Assembly: GCA_946413985.1 (NCBI GenBank)
Contig: CAMKMS010000003.1
Span: forward strand, 1-61,696
From: an uncultured Mycoplasmatota bacterium
GTDB lineage: Bacteria; Bacillota_I; Bacilli_A; RF39; UBA660
Direction: 5' to 3'
DNA: 61,696 nt
Shown here: positions 9,208 to 18,915 of the stretch, one piece after another
Position numbering within the stretch: position 1 is the stretch's first letter
Layout of the letters: every line of letters starts with the position of its first letter
Translations under genes and position numbers: made by a program
The notes under the pieces: generated by a model
What the model saw: only the letters and a program-made list of their open reading frames with translations
Databases searched by the model: none
Told to the model about the DNA's origin: nothing

Positions 9208-11244
9208 ATGAAGTCTCTAAAGAAAAAAGAAAAGAAGAAAAATAATGAAACACTTTCAAATATAAAAAGGGTACTTAGTGAATTTAAAAAGGACTATTTT
9301 GATAAATATAGTCCTAATATATATTATATGGCTATACCTTTTTTACTTATGGATGTGTTTACGTATATTTTTGGTCATAATATAAGATATTCAAGTTATT
9401 TAATTATTTCTCCAATTTTGTTTACTTTAACTTGGAGTCTTTTGTTTGTTCAAACTTCTATTTCACTTAAAAAGTACTGGGGTAAAATACTATATTTATT
9501 ATTTAGTATATTTGCTATATTTTTGTTTTTATTAAACAATGTTTATTATTCTATGACTAAAACATTCTTTGATTTTCATTTATTAGAATCTGCTAGTGAA
9601 GGAGCGCCATATGTATTTGATACATTAAAGAATTGTAATCCTCTTGTATATGTTTCATTATTTATTGTATTTGTATCTGTAATACTTGGATATATTAAAA
9701 TTCCTAAAATTGAAAAAAATGATTTTAATAGACTTAGTAAAACTATATTATTAGTAATAGCTTTAAATATTGTTATTCCACTTACTTATGGATTTGCTAA
9801 TACTGATTTAACATGGTCTAGTTGGAGAAACCCAAAAAATGTTTTTAATTCATTTAATGATAATAATAAAAGTATGAAAATAACTGGATTATATGAATAT
9901 TCTTTTAGAAATTTTTATGTTACTTTTTTAAAAACTCGAGAACAAGAAAATGAAGAAGATATTGAATTCTTAGATTCTGCTTTTCAAGTAGAAAATAATA
10001 CTAAAAATAGTTATACTTCTAAATTAAAGGGTAAGAATTTAATACTTATTCAACTTGAAGGTACTGATAAATGGTTAATTGATGAAAATACTACTCCAAC
10101 ATTATATAAAATGATGAATGAAGGAATTAATTTTGATAATCATTATTCTTATTATAATGGAGGAGGAAGCACATTTAATAGTGAATTTGCTGTTAATACT
10201 GGTTTTATTACACCACTGTCTTATATAAAAAATGCATATTCATTCAATAGAAATTATTATCCATATTCACTTGCTAATTTATTTAAGGAAAGAGGATATA
10301 CTGTAAATGCATTTCATATGAATCATGGTGAATATTATAATAGAACATCTAATTATAAGAATTGGGGATATGATAATTATTATGGCTTAAAAGAATTAGA
10401 TGAATATAAAGATAATAGTTATGAACTTGATAGGGAACTTATATTAAATGAAACATTTAATGAGTTAATGTTTCCAAGTGACACCAATTTTGTTGATTAT
10501 ATTATTGCTTATTCTGGACATTTACCTTTTACAAATACTAAAGGTGTTTGTAAGATGCTATATGAAGAGGATATAGAAAAACAAGTAGTGAAAGAAAAGG
10601 AAAGATTACTTAGTGCTGAAAAGAAAAAATGTAAAAAAGAAAAAAGAAAAGATTGTGATAAATTAACAATTGATTCTATTGAAGTAGAACAACCACCTTT
10701 TGTTGAAATGAGTGAAGAAGAATGTGTTAGACGTCAAGCGCTTGAGACAGATTATATGATGGAGTTACTTCTTCAAAAACTAGAAGAAAAAGATTTGATT
10801 GATAATACTGTAATAGTTGTATTTACTGATCATTATTTATATACTTTAAATGATCAAACTATTTTAGATAAATATAAAACTACATCAAATAATTTAATAA
10901 ACAATACTCCTTGGTTTATATGGAGTACTAACTTAAAGAGTAAGAAAGTAAATAAAGTTACTTCTCAATTAAATATACTTCCTACAATACTTAATTTATA
11001 TGGATTTAAATATAATATTAATAATTATATAGGCAAAGATGCTCTTGATCCTAAATATCAAGGAATTGTATTCTTTAGTGATTATAGTTGGTATGATGGT
11101 AATGTATATGTTGAGGGTGGAGAAGTAACTAATAATAAGAGTATTAAACAATCTAGTTTAGATGATAAGAATGAATATATTAGTTACTTAGCAAAAAAGA
11201 ATGATTTAGCATTAAAATATGATTATTTTAAAAAACAAAAATAA
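9208..11244 (+). CDS. LtaS-family sulfatase-fold membrane enzyme (lipoteichoic acid synthase/phosphoglycerol transferase-like)
   Basis: About five N-terminal TM helices, then an extracellular sulfatase-like domain (LILIQLEGTD, GGGSTFNSEFAVNTG, VVFTDH). The likely start ATG 9208 follows GGTGGAAG. A K/E-rich insertion lies around 10560-10700. Confidence 0.7.
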   Translation: MKSLKKKEKKKNNETLSNIKRVLSEFKKDYFDKYSPNIYYMAIPFLLMDVFTYIFGHNIRYSSYLIISPILFTLTWSLLFVQTSISLKKYWGKILYLLFSIFAIFLFLLNNVYYSMTKTFFDFHLLESASEGAPYVFDTLKNCNPLVYVSLFIVFVSVILGYIKIPKIEKNDFNRLSKTILLVIALNIVIPLTYGFANTDLTWSSWRNPKNVFNSFNDNNKSMKITGLYEYSFRNFYVTFLKTREQENEEDIEFLDSAFQVENNTKNSYTSKLKGKNLILIQLEGTDKWLIDENTTPTLYKMMNEGINFDNHYSYYNGGGSTFNSEFAVNTGFITPLSYIKNAYSFNRNYYPYSLANLFKERGYTVNAFHMNHGEYYNRTSNYKNWGYDNYYGLKELDEYKDNSYELDRELILNETFNELMFPSDTNFVDYIIAYSGHLPFTNTKGVCKMLYEEDIEKQVVKEKERLLSAEKKKCKKEKRKDCDKLTIDSIEVEQPPFVEMSEEECVRRQALETDYMMELLLQKLEEKDLIDNTVIVVFTDHYLYTLNDQTILDKYKTTSNNLINNTPWFIWSTNLKSKKVNKVTSQLNILPTILNLYGFKYNINNYIGKDALDPKYQGIVFFSDYSWYDGNVYVEGGEVTNNKSIKQSSLDDKNEYISYLAKKNDLALKYDYFKKQK

Positions 11245-11268
11245 GATTATTTTGTAATCTTATTTTTT
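11241..11268. terminator. Bidirectional terminator between convergent genes
   Basis: ATAAGATTA-ttttg-TAATCTTAT 9-bp stem flanked by an A-run and a T-run. It overlaps both stop codons. Confidence 0.7.
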
Positions 11269-13466
11269 ATTTCATTGTATAAAATACTTAATATAAATGG
11301 TAAACTCATTGAATATGGAATTACATATCTGTAATATGAATTTACTGGTCCTACCATACACATAGCTATTGTTAAGAATGCTGGTATTAGTAATAAAACG
11401 TATTTATTTTTTTTCTTTCTAAATAATATTAGCATTATATATAAATAAGCCCACGTAGTTAGCCCAATACTAGTAGTTAGATTTAATATAGGTATATATT
11501 GATAAGCAAAGCCATATGAGCTTAAAACTACTCTTACTGGTTTTAAAAGTTTTAAATAGTGATAATCAAAACCAGAATCATTTAATACGTTGTATTTTTT
11601 ATAATAAAAATACCAATTTTGATTTTCTGGATAGATGTAACCATATATATTATTTATTGTTGCTTCTATGTATATTTTGGGTTCTTTTGTTAGATATTTA
11701 AGCCATACTTTAAAATAGTTATTTAAATCTTCTTTTGTTGCATTTTCTTTATACGTATTTTTAATAGGATCGCTTAGTTCTGGATTATATTTTTCTTTAA
11801 CTATACTATAATCTATTATTTTATTAATTATTTCTTTATCTTGATCTTCTATAATATCTTCTTTGTTTGTAATTAAAGATGCTGTTTGTTGAAGTGGTAC
11901 TGATAATACTTCTCTTATACTAGTTGAAGGAACTTTATAATAATTTAACACTTGATTATATGTAAAATGTATTAATGATAAAAATATTATAGTTAGTAAT
12001 AATTGTTTTCTATTTTCTTTTAAAAATAGTAAAGAGAATATTAAAGTAATTAATATCATTATAAATCCATTATGTCTAAATGCGCATACACCAATAGATA
12101 CTAATATTAGAATGAATATATCTTTTTTATTCATTTTATATTTTATTAGTTTGTATAATTGAATTATAAATAATATAAAGAATATGGCATAATATGTATC
12201 TTTGAATGCGCTTAGTGAATAGAATGCAAATAATGGAACTAATGCATATATTAATAAGCACCCATATATTAATTTTATATTAACTTTTTCTTCAAACATT
12301 ACTTTTATTGTATAACTTAATGCTAATATAAATACTAACATTTGAATTAAAGTATAAAGTGCAAGACCAAGATTGTCATAACCAAGTGAGTGTCCAATAT
12401 TAAATAGAAAACCAATTAATAAAGTATGCATTACTGGGTTAAATCTCGTTATTAATGAATTTGTTGTAATATTAGCAGCAGGTGTATAGAATGTAGGAAT
12501 TCCCATATATTCTTGAATTTGATAACTTGGATCATATCCAAATATTCCAGGATAAAAAGCTATAAAATATATTGAATAAATAATCAATAAAATAATAAAT
12601 GATGTTTTGAAAGGATGTAGTTTAAAATAATCTCTTATTTTTTTAAACTTATTGATTTCTAAATCTTTTAAATATAATTTATCTAGATAATCATAAACAA
12701 AATTTAAAATAAAGTTTATGAATATGAAATATCCAAATAGTTTAATAATTGATAAAGCGATATATTGTATATCACCATATACTAAAATAGAAGAATCACA
12801 TGTGTTAAAGCTATATCCAAATATTAATATTAGTGTAAATATTAAACTTAATACTCTAAATGGTTTATATCTAGTAATATTGTTATAATACTTTTTGTAT
12901 AAAATATAAAGTGATACAAAGATAATAGATAAAGGTATTATTTTACTTTGAATATCTATTTTTAATATATTATCTGTTAATACTGGGTTAACTAAAATAG
13001 ATAGGGTAGATAATAATGAATAAACCAATAAAATAGTATTTTTTTTCTTTTTAAAATTGTTATTAAATATAAAATACTTTTGAACTATAAAGTTTATAAA
13101 AAATAATACTACATCAACAGAAAATTTAATTAATGTTTCATTATAAAAAGTATATTGATAAACAATGGTAACAGAAACTGATGAAATAATCATTTGTGTG
13201 ATTACAAAGAAAACATATTCTATAAATGTAGGAGTATCGAATTTCTTTTCATCAATATTAAATACTTTATTTCTATTTAGATAATAGTTTAAACAAGATG
13301 ATATTATTCTGGCTATAATAGTTGAAAGCGCAATTGATAGAACATCAAATTTTTCTTTAAATAGATAATTTAGAAGAGTAAATAATGATAAATCAATTGC
13401 TATACATATTCCTGCAGATAATACATATTTTAAAAATGTACTATATTTATCTATTATTTTTTTCAT
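11247..13466 (-). CDS. Fusion protein: N-terminal GtrA-like domain plus a large polytopic membrane domain (putative GT-C-type glycosyltransferase)
   Basis: 739 aa. The first ~135 aa have GtrA hallmarks (four TM helices, IIARIISSCLNYYLNRNKVF). More than 10 further TM helices follow, then an extracytoplasmic-looking segment (SVPLQQTASLI...YNPELSDPIKN). Its start overlaps the stop of the upstream DUF2304-like gene. Confidence 0.65.
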   Translation of the reverse strand: MKKIIDKYSTFLKYVLSAGICIAIDLSLFTLLNYLFKEKFDVLSIALSTIIARIISSCLNYYLNRNKVFNIDEKKFDTPTFIEYVFFVITQMIISSVSVTIVYQYTFYNETLIKFSVDVVLFFINFIVQKYFIFNNNFKKKKNTILLVYSLLSTLSILVNPVLTDNILKIDIQSKIIPLSIIFVSLYILYKKYYNNITRYKPFRVLSLIFTLILIFGYSFNTCDSSILVYGDIQYIALSIIKLFGYFIFINFILNFVYDYLDKLYLKDLEINKFKKIRDYFKLHPFKTSFIILLIIYSIYFIAFYPGIFGYDPSYQIQEYMGIPTFYTPAANITTNSLITRFNPVMHTLLIGFLFNIGHSLGYDNLGLALYTLIQMLVFILALSYTIKVMFEEKVNIKLIYGCLLIYALVPLFAFYSLSAFKDTYYAIFFILFIIQLYKLIKYKMNKKDIFILILVSIGVCAFRHNGFIMILITLIFSLLFLKENRKQLLLTIIFLSLIHFTYNQVLNYYKVPSTSIREVLSVPLQQTASLITNKEDIIEDQDKEIINKIIDYSIVKEKYNPELSDPIKNTYKENATKEDLNNYFKVWLKYLTKEPKIYIEATINNIYGYIYPENQNWYFYYKKYNVLNDSGFDYHYLKLLKPVRVVLSSYGFAYQYIPILNLTTSIGLTTWAYLYIMLILFRKKKNKYVLLLIPAFLTIAMCMVGPVNSYYRYVIPYSMSLPFILSILYNEIKNKITK

Positions 13467-13800
13467 CTTTAGAATCCTTTTTTAATATTGCTAATTCTTG
13501 AGTAAGTTTTATTATTTTTTCATTTTGTTTATTTAATTTTATACTTAAATTTAATAGTAGCATTGAAGTAAAAATAAATCCCAAAAAGAATATCATGTTT
13601 GAAATAACTTCAAATCCTAAAAAGTTTTTTATAGGTATTAGCATTTTATCAAAAATACAAAGTATCATTAATATAATAATCATAGGAATTAATGTTAATG
13701 CACTCTTATGATCTAATTTTTTATTTAATACCTTTAAATAAATATAAACTATAAATAATATACATACTATTATTAAAAAGATTTTTAAACTAGTATTCAT
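13447..13800 (-). CDS. DUF2304-like small membrane protein
   Basis: ~117 aa from MNTSLKIFLIIVC. Three or four TM helices plus a C-terminal amphipathic tail (KLTQELAILKK). Sitting immediately downstream of a GT2 gene is the typical context. Overlaps both neighbours. Confidence 0.55.
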   Translation of the reverse strand: MNTSLKIFLIIVCILFIVYIYLKVLNKKLDHKSALTLIPMIIILMILCIFDKMLIPIKNFLGFEVISNMIFFLGFIFTSMLLLNLSIKLNKQNEKIIKLTQELAILKKDSKDEKNNR

Positions 13801-14509
13801 CTTCTTCACTTCCTTCTTTATTTGCACTATATGTTGCATTTAATATACATAAACTTACTTTTATCATATAATATATAGAATTTAAAAAATTAATTGAACT
13901 TTTTCCAGATATTCTTTCATTCATTTTAACAGGAATCTCTTTTATTTTGTAATTCTTTTTTAATACTTTTGCTATTGAATCGGGTTCTGGATAATCTATT
14001 GAATAGTTATTAGCAAAATAATTTATTAACTTTTTATTACAAGCTCTAAAACCACTAGTTACATCATATACTTTTTTGTGTGTAACTAGTTTTATAAGTG
14101 AAGATAAAAACTTAATTCCCATTCTTCTTGATGCTGTTGATTTAAACTCACTTAAATCATCAATGTATCTTGAGCCAATTACTAAATCATATCCATTTTC
14201 GATTTCTTTTATTAAGTCATTAATATATTTTGAATCATGTTGATTATCACCATCAAATTGAATTGCAATATCATAGTTATGTTTCTTTGCGTATTTATAT
14301 CCAGTTTGAACAGCACCACCTATACCAACATTAACACTTAAATCTATGAAATTAATATTGTTATTGATACAAATATTTTTTGTATTGTCTATAGATCCAT
14401 CATTAATTACGACATAGTCTATATTTTTTGTATTTTTTTTAAAATTAGCAATTGTATCAACAATAATTTCTTCTTCATTATAAGCAGGAACTATTACTAA
14501 TGTCTTCAT
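13790..14509 (-). CDS. Family 2 glycosyltransferase (polyprenyl-phosphate glycosyltransferase-like, GtrB/CsbB class, soluble form)
   Basis: MKTLVIVPAYNEEE..., VINDGSIDNT and FDGDNQH (DxD) motifs. 239 aa. Confidence 0.8.
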   Translation of the reverse strand: MKTLVIVPAYNEEEIIVDTIANFKKNTKNIDYVVINDGSIDNTKNICINNNINFIDLSVNVGIGGAVQTGYKYAKKHNYDIAIQFDGDNQHDSKYINDLIKEIENGYDLVIGSRYIDDLSEFKSTASRRMGIKFLSSLIKLVTHKKVYDVTSGFRACNKKLINYFANNYSIDYPEPDSIAKVLKKNYKIKEIPVKMNERISGKSSINFLNSIYYMIKVSLCILNATYSANKEGSEEDEY

Positions 14510-14571
14510 ATTACTTCCCTTTCAATCGAACAAATTATAGCATATTCTAGTCATTATGTCTATTTTAGATT

Positions 14572-14599
14572 AAATAAAAAAGTAGATAAAATCTACTTT
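14572..14599 (-). terminator. Rho-independent terminator after the processive GT2 gene
   Basis: AAAGTAGAT-aaa-ATCTACTTT hairpin (14579-14599). On the minus strand it is followed by a T-run (complement of 14572-14580). Confidence 0.65.
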
Positions 14600-16071
14600 A
14601 AATCATCTATTGTTATTTTACTATTATGAGGTATTGGTTTCCATGTTACTTTTTTAAAGAAAGCAACATATGTTGTTAGTCTTCCAATTATATCAAACCA
14701 AGGCCACATAAGAATATCTATTATTATATTTTTTAGTGGTATTTTTTTAATTCTTTTTCTTTCTATAAATAATACATATGCTCCCATCCACATATTTGAA
14801 AAATAAAGAGTAAAATTATAAAATAATCTAAACCATATAGTGAGTAATAAACCAATTATCATTGCTTTAAAACCTGGTTTAATTGTTATATTAATCATAA
14901 ATATACTATTTAATGTTTTATATAACCATGTACTTCCATTAAATAAAGTAACATTATTTATTCCTTCTATATATTGAACACATGAATATACTATTACAGA
15001 AACAATTAACCATCTAATTAGATTAATAAAAGCAATAGGTGTTAGTTGTGATAGTGTATCAAATGATGCAAAACGGTGTCTAATTGATTCAACTATTTTT
15101 AAGAATATACTTTTTTGTTCTTCTTTTTTATCTTTATTCCAATTTGTTTTAATAAATAATTTGCCAAAAAATATATTTATAAATAGATATGGACCAGATT
15201 CTACAAATGCTTGTAAGTGTCCTTTTGACCATCTTAATCTTTGACGAAGCGCTATTTTTAAACTTGTTGGTTGTTCATCGTAGAATTCTGCTTCATCTTG
15301 ATAAGTTATTTGGTAACCTTGAGCAACTGCATCAGCAGTAAGTGCTCTATCTTCTGTAAGAGAAGTATATTTCCAGCCATCTTTTACTATTTCATTTGAA
15401 AATAAAAAACCTGTTCCTTGAATATTAGTTGCAAGTCTTAAGACACTTCTTGCTCTATGATTTGTTCTAATTGATCTAATCCAATGAAGTGCATAATTTG
15501 ATGATATCCAGTTTTCATCAAAATTTTTAGTATTTCTATATGATGTTATTATTTTACATCCTTCATCAAATGCATCATTCATTTTTGCTATGTAATCTTT
15601 TTTTAATAAATTATCGGCATCAAATATAAAGAAAGCTTCAAAGGAGTCAGTATTATAATCTTTTTCTATTTGTTTAAATAAGTATTGAAGTGCAAAACCT
15701 TTTGTTTTATGCTCTTCATCAAATCTTTCATAAACAATAGCACCTTTATTTCTTGCGATGTTTGCAGTTTGATCTGTACAATTATCTGCTACTACGAATA
15801 TCGTATATAAATCTTTAGGATAATCTTGCTTATGAATACTATCTATTAAATTACCAATTACTTCTTCTTCATTTCTTGCTGCTATACATATACCATATTT
15901 ATGATTTTTCTTAGCTTTTTTAAATTTTCTTGTAAAAAACATTCCAATAATAAAATAAAAAACTTTATGAAAAACTAATACACTTAATATTATTCCAATA
16001 ATATCATATATTTTTTTCCATACAGGGTAAGTACCAGCTATATATGAAATTGCATCTTTTATAAATTCCAT
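14593..16071 (-). CDS. Membrane-embedded processive family 2 glycosyltransferase (cellulose/chitin/PNAG-synthase-like)
   Basis: N-terminal TM helix, a GT2 core with VVADNCTD, FDADN (DxD), LTEDRALT (TED) and QRLRWSKG (QxxRW), then about four C-terminal TM helices. Confidence 0.8.
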   Translation of the reverse strand: MEFIKDAISYIAGTYPVWKKIYDIIGIILSVLVFHKVFYFIIGMFFTRKFKKAKKNHKYGICIAARNEEEVIGNLIDSIHKQDYPKDLYTIFVVADNCTDQTANIARNKGAIVYERFDEEHKTKGFALQYLFKQIEKDYNTDSFEAFFIFDADNLLKKDYIAKMNDAFDEGCKIITSYRNTKNFDENWISSNYALHWIRSIRTNHRARSVLRLATNIQGTGFLFSNEIVKDGWKYTSLTEDRALTADAVAQGYQITYQDEAEFYDEQPTSLKIALRQRLRWSKGHLQAFVESGPYLFINIFFGKLFIKTNWNKDKKEEQKSIFLKIVESIRHRFASFDTLSQLTPIAFINLIRWLIVSVIVYSCVQYIEGINNVTLFNGSTWLYKTLNSIFMINITIKPGFKAMIIGLLLTIWFRLFYNFTLYFSNMWMGAYVLFIERKRIKKIPLKNIIIDILMWPWFDIIGRLTTYVAFFKKVTWKPIPHNSKITIDDLK

Positions 16072-16099
16072 AATGAAAACCTCAAAAAAATTATATCAT

Positions 16100-16528
16100 T
16101 TAATATAACTCTTGGCAAACTCCTTTATTTGGTGCATAAAAGCAATGAGATTTATATCTTCCCGTATTTATTTGTTTAAACCAAAGACCTTTGCATTCTT
16201 CACCTTTTTTAGGAGCATAAAACCATAATGCATTTGTAGCTGGATAGTATGTTTCACCTTTTAATACTCTTTTTGCAAGTTCACGTTCTTTTGTTGTTGA
16301 TTTTCCACTATTAAATAAACTACTATTTGTACCCACAAAACCACCAGGATTTTGATATATTACATCTCTAATACTTCTTATATTCTTAAAATCTAAACAA
16401 TTAGCAATTGCTCTATTAACAATAACATTTCCTACCATTAACATAGCAAGTTCTCCTTCTCCAAGAGCTTCTGCTCTCATAAGTCTTGCACATAAATCCA
16501 ATTCTTTATCACTATATTTTATTAGCAT
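16100..16528 (-). CDS. CwlJ/SleB-family cell wall hydrolase (Hydrolase_2 domain)
   Basis: 142 aa. LCARLMRAEALGEGELAMLMVGNVIVNR and the YQNPGGF... region are typical of spore cortex-lytic CwlJ/SleB catalytic domains. Confidence 0.75.
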   Translation of the reverse strand: MLIKYSDKELDLCARLMRAEALGEGELAMLMVGNVIVNRAIANCLDFKNIRSIRDVIYQNPGGFVGTNSSLFNSGKSTTKERELAKRVLKGETYYPATNALWFYAPKKGEECKGLWFKQINTGRYKSHCFYAPNKGVCQELY

Positions 16529-16595
16529 ATTTTCCTCCCAGTATAATATATGATTTTTTATTAATTTATGGTATAATTTGAATAGGTGATATAAT

Positions 16596-16787
16596 ATGAG
16601 TTTAGAAGAATTTGAAATCGATGGTAAAAAAATTCTAATTAATAATTATTATAGCGAAGATGAAACAGGTATTGCATTTAAAGATGGCAATCAGGAATTA
16701 TCTAAAACACAAGAAATTAAAATAATAACTGATGAAGAATTAAACGATAAAACAACATTAGATGTTTTTGGTGAAGATCATGAATAA
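16596..16787 (+). CDS. Small acidic hypothetical protein (63 aa)
   Basis: GGTGA RBS before the ATG. Its stop overlaps the start of the next gene (ATG 16780). No family recognised. Confidence 0.45.
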   Translation: MSLEEFEIDGKKILINNYYSEDETGIAFKDGNQELSKTQEIKIITDEELNDKTTLDVFGEDHE

Positions 16788-18204
16788 TTTTGATGGTGAT
16801 AGAAAACTTGAAATGGATGAAATACTTAATTTCATGTATAAAATAACTAATACTAGGCCTATAACACGAAATGATGTTTATGCTGTATTAAAGTTTTATA
16901 ATCTAAAAAATGATGATAGAGTAAAAGATAAATTTGGAAGAGAAGTATTTGATGGTATAGATAATGAAGGCTTTTTTAAATATTGGGAAAATAGATTTGC
17001 AAGTAAAAAACATATTCATGCTTATGTAGATCCAAGATGGACATATTTTTTCCAATTTACAAATAATATTAGCCATAGCACTGAAAGATTTATAAAACTA
17101 TATGTAGCCCTTGATTCAAAACATTTATATGATGGAGCTAATCTATTATTTGATTTTCTTGAAAGAAATAATATTTCACATTTATCAAAAATATCTAAGA
17201 AATTAAGAGTTGATAATGTAATTATAAGATTAAATTATGATGATTTTGAATCTGCTAAGAAGATTATTGATTTCATAAATAAAACTCCATTCTTAAAAGC
17301 AGGACTTAATAAACCAAATCCATTTATTCCAACAATTAATGGTATTGGTTATATGCAAGAACATGGTAATAGTTATAATTCTGATATTTCAGATTTTATA
17401 AAAGAATATTTAAATGTAGCAAGAAGAAGAGGACAAGAGAGTGTTAGTGCAGAAGAATTTAGAACATTTTTACAAGAATGTCAAAAAAATAATATAACAT
17501 ATGTTCCAGACCAAATAGACTTTGATGATAGTCTAATGAATACTTTTGAAATTGCTTATACTGGTAAGAATAAAAATCTAAATGCTAATAATATTTCAAG
17601 ATTAAATAATGAACAAAAAAGGTCATTATTAATAAATGCATTAAGAGCAACTTTTAGTAAATATGGCATTAATCAAGTAAGAACGGCATTAATACAAATA
17701 ATTAAATTCAATAATTATGGTTTTGTTACTAATGGTGGGCCTAATAATAGATATAGAGAAAACTTAAAAAAATATTTAACACCAGAAGATATAATGGATA
17801 TAATAAATATAGTTAATAAAGCTAAAAATGATATGAAATTTTTAACTGTTGAAGATAAAATAAATGCATTTTGTATGGAATTATTTAGAAATGAATTACC
17901 ATTTATTTTAGATGATATATGTGGAGTTACTTTAGAAAACTATGGCGCTAGTCAGGTATCAATGGCACTTAATGAATATATGAGAACTGGATCAGGTCGT
18001 TATTTTAGTAGATTTAAAAATGGTGATCAAAGTATAAATTATAGAGATAAATTGAGAATGTTCGATAGGACTTCATTTATGAAAGTTGTATTTGATAGTT
18101 TAACAAACAAAGGAATCGAAGCTAAAAATATACCATATCAAGAATTATTTCATGTTTATGCTGATGCTATAGCAAAAGAAAAGATTATAGTTCAAGAAAG
18201 ATAA
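16780..18204 (+). CDS. Hypothetical cytoplasmic protein (~474 aa), orphan
   Basis: ATG 16780 overlaps the upstream stop (CATGAATAA), suggesting translational coupling. No TM helix or signal peptide. I could not assign a family with confidence. Confidence 0.6.
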   Translation: MNNFDGDRKLEMDEILNFMYKITNTRPITRNDVYAVLKFYNLKNDDRVKDKFGREVFDGIDNEGFFKYWENRFASKKHIHAYVDPRWTYFFQFTNNISHSTERFIKLYVALDSKHLYDGANLLFDFLERNNISHLSKISKKLRVDNVIIRLNYDDFESAKKIIDFINKTPFLKAGLNKPNPFIPTINGIGYMQEHGNSYNSDISDFIKEYLNVARRRGQESVSAEEFRTFLQECQKNNITYVPDQIDFDDSLMNTFEIAYTGKNKNLNANNISRLNNEQKRSLLINALRATFSKYGINQVRTALIQIIKFNNYGFVTNGGPNNRYRENLKKYLTPEDIMDIINIVNKAKNDMKFLTVEDKINAFCMELFRNELPFILDDICGVTLENYGASQVSMALNEYMRTGSGRYFSRFKNGDQSINYRDKLRMFDRTSFMKVVFDSLTNKGIEAKNIPYQELFHVYADAIAKEKIIVQER

Positions 18205-18230
18205 AAGAGACTATTTATAGTCTCTTTTTT
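18204..18230. terminator. Bidirectional terminator
   Basis: AGAGACTAT/ATAGTCTCT inverted repeat flanked by AAAA and TTTTTT, between convergent genes. Confidence 0.7.
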
Positions 18231-18810
18231 AATCTACTTTAATTTCTTTTATTACTTTTTTTTCGTCTTTATATTCTAATAACTTATTTACTTTATATGA
18301 TAGTATCATTGTAAGTAGTGTATCAATAACTAATGTAGCTCCTTCTAATCTAACAACTATTTTTGCTAAGAATTCAGGATTAATTATAATAAATATTCCA
18401 AGAATTAAAACAATAGAGGTTAATACAAGGAATATCCACCATGATGTTGTTCTATCTTTTCTAAATTTTAATAAACTAACTATATTTAATGACGAATTAA
18501 TTATTAAAAATAATCCAATTATACTATTAATTGCTCTAATAACCCAAGTAGGATCTACAAATATAGTAATGCTTATAGCAATAGCAGCAATACTAATAAC
18601 AATTGATATTAAATCTTCATTTGTTTCAAGCGCTCTTTTTTTAACTACTCTATATATATAAGCAGCACCTGCTAGCATTAGCATACTTGCGATTAAATAG
18701 CATGCAATATTTAATGATTCAATTGGAAATATTAATAGTAATAAACCAATTATAAAAAGAACAATTAAATTAACAGTACTATTCCATTTAATTTGTTTAA
18801 ATTCAATCAT
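18229..18810 (-). CDS. HdeD/DUF308-like integral membrane protein
   Basis: Six predicted TM helices in repeated pairs. The ORF-track GTG start lies inside the AGGTGA RBS, so ATG 18810 is the likelier start. Confidence 0.5.
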   Translation of the reverse strand: MIEFKQIKWNSTVNLIVLFIIGLLLLIFPIESLNIACYLIASMLMLAGAAYIYRVVKKRALETNEDLISIVISIAAIAISITIFVDPTWVIRAINSIIGLFLIINSSLNIVSLLKFRKDRTTSWWIFLVLTSIVLILGIFIIINPEFLAKIVVRLEGATLVIDTLLTMILSYKVNKLLEYKDEKKVIKEIKVD

Positions 18811-18915
18811 GTTTATCACCTAAATTAATTATACCAAATTGTCAAAAAATGTAAAATATTTATTAAATTCTTTATTAGTTTAATAATTTAATTTAAAATA
18901 AAATTGGGTGATTAT

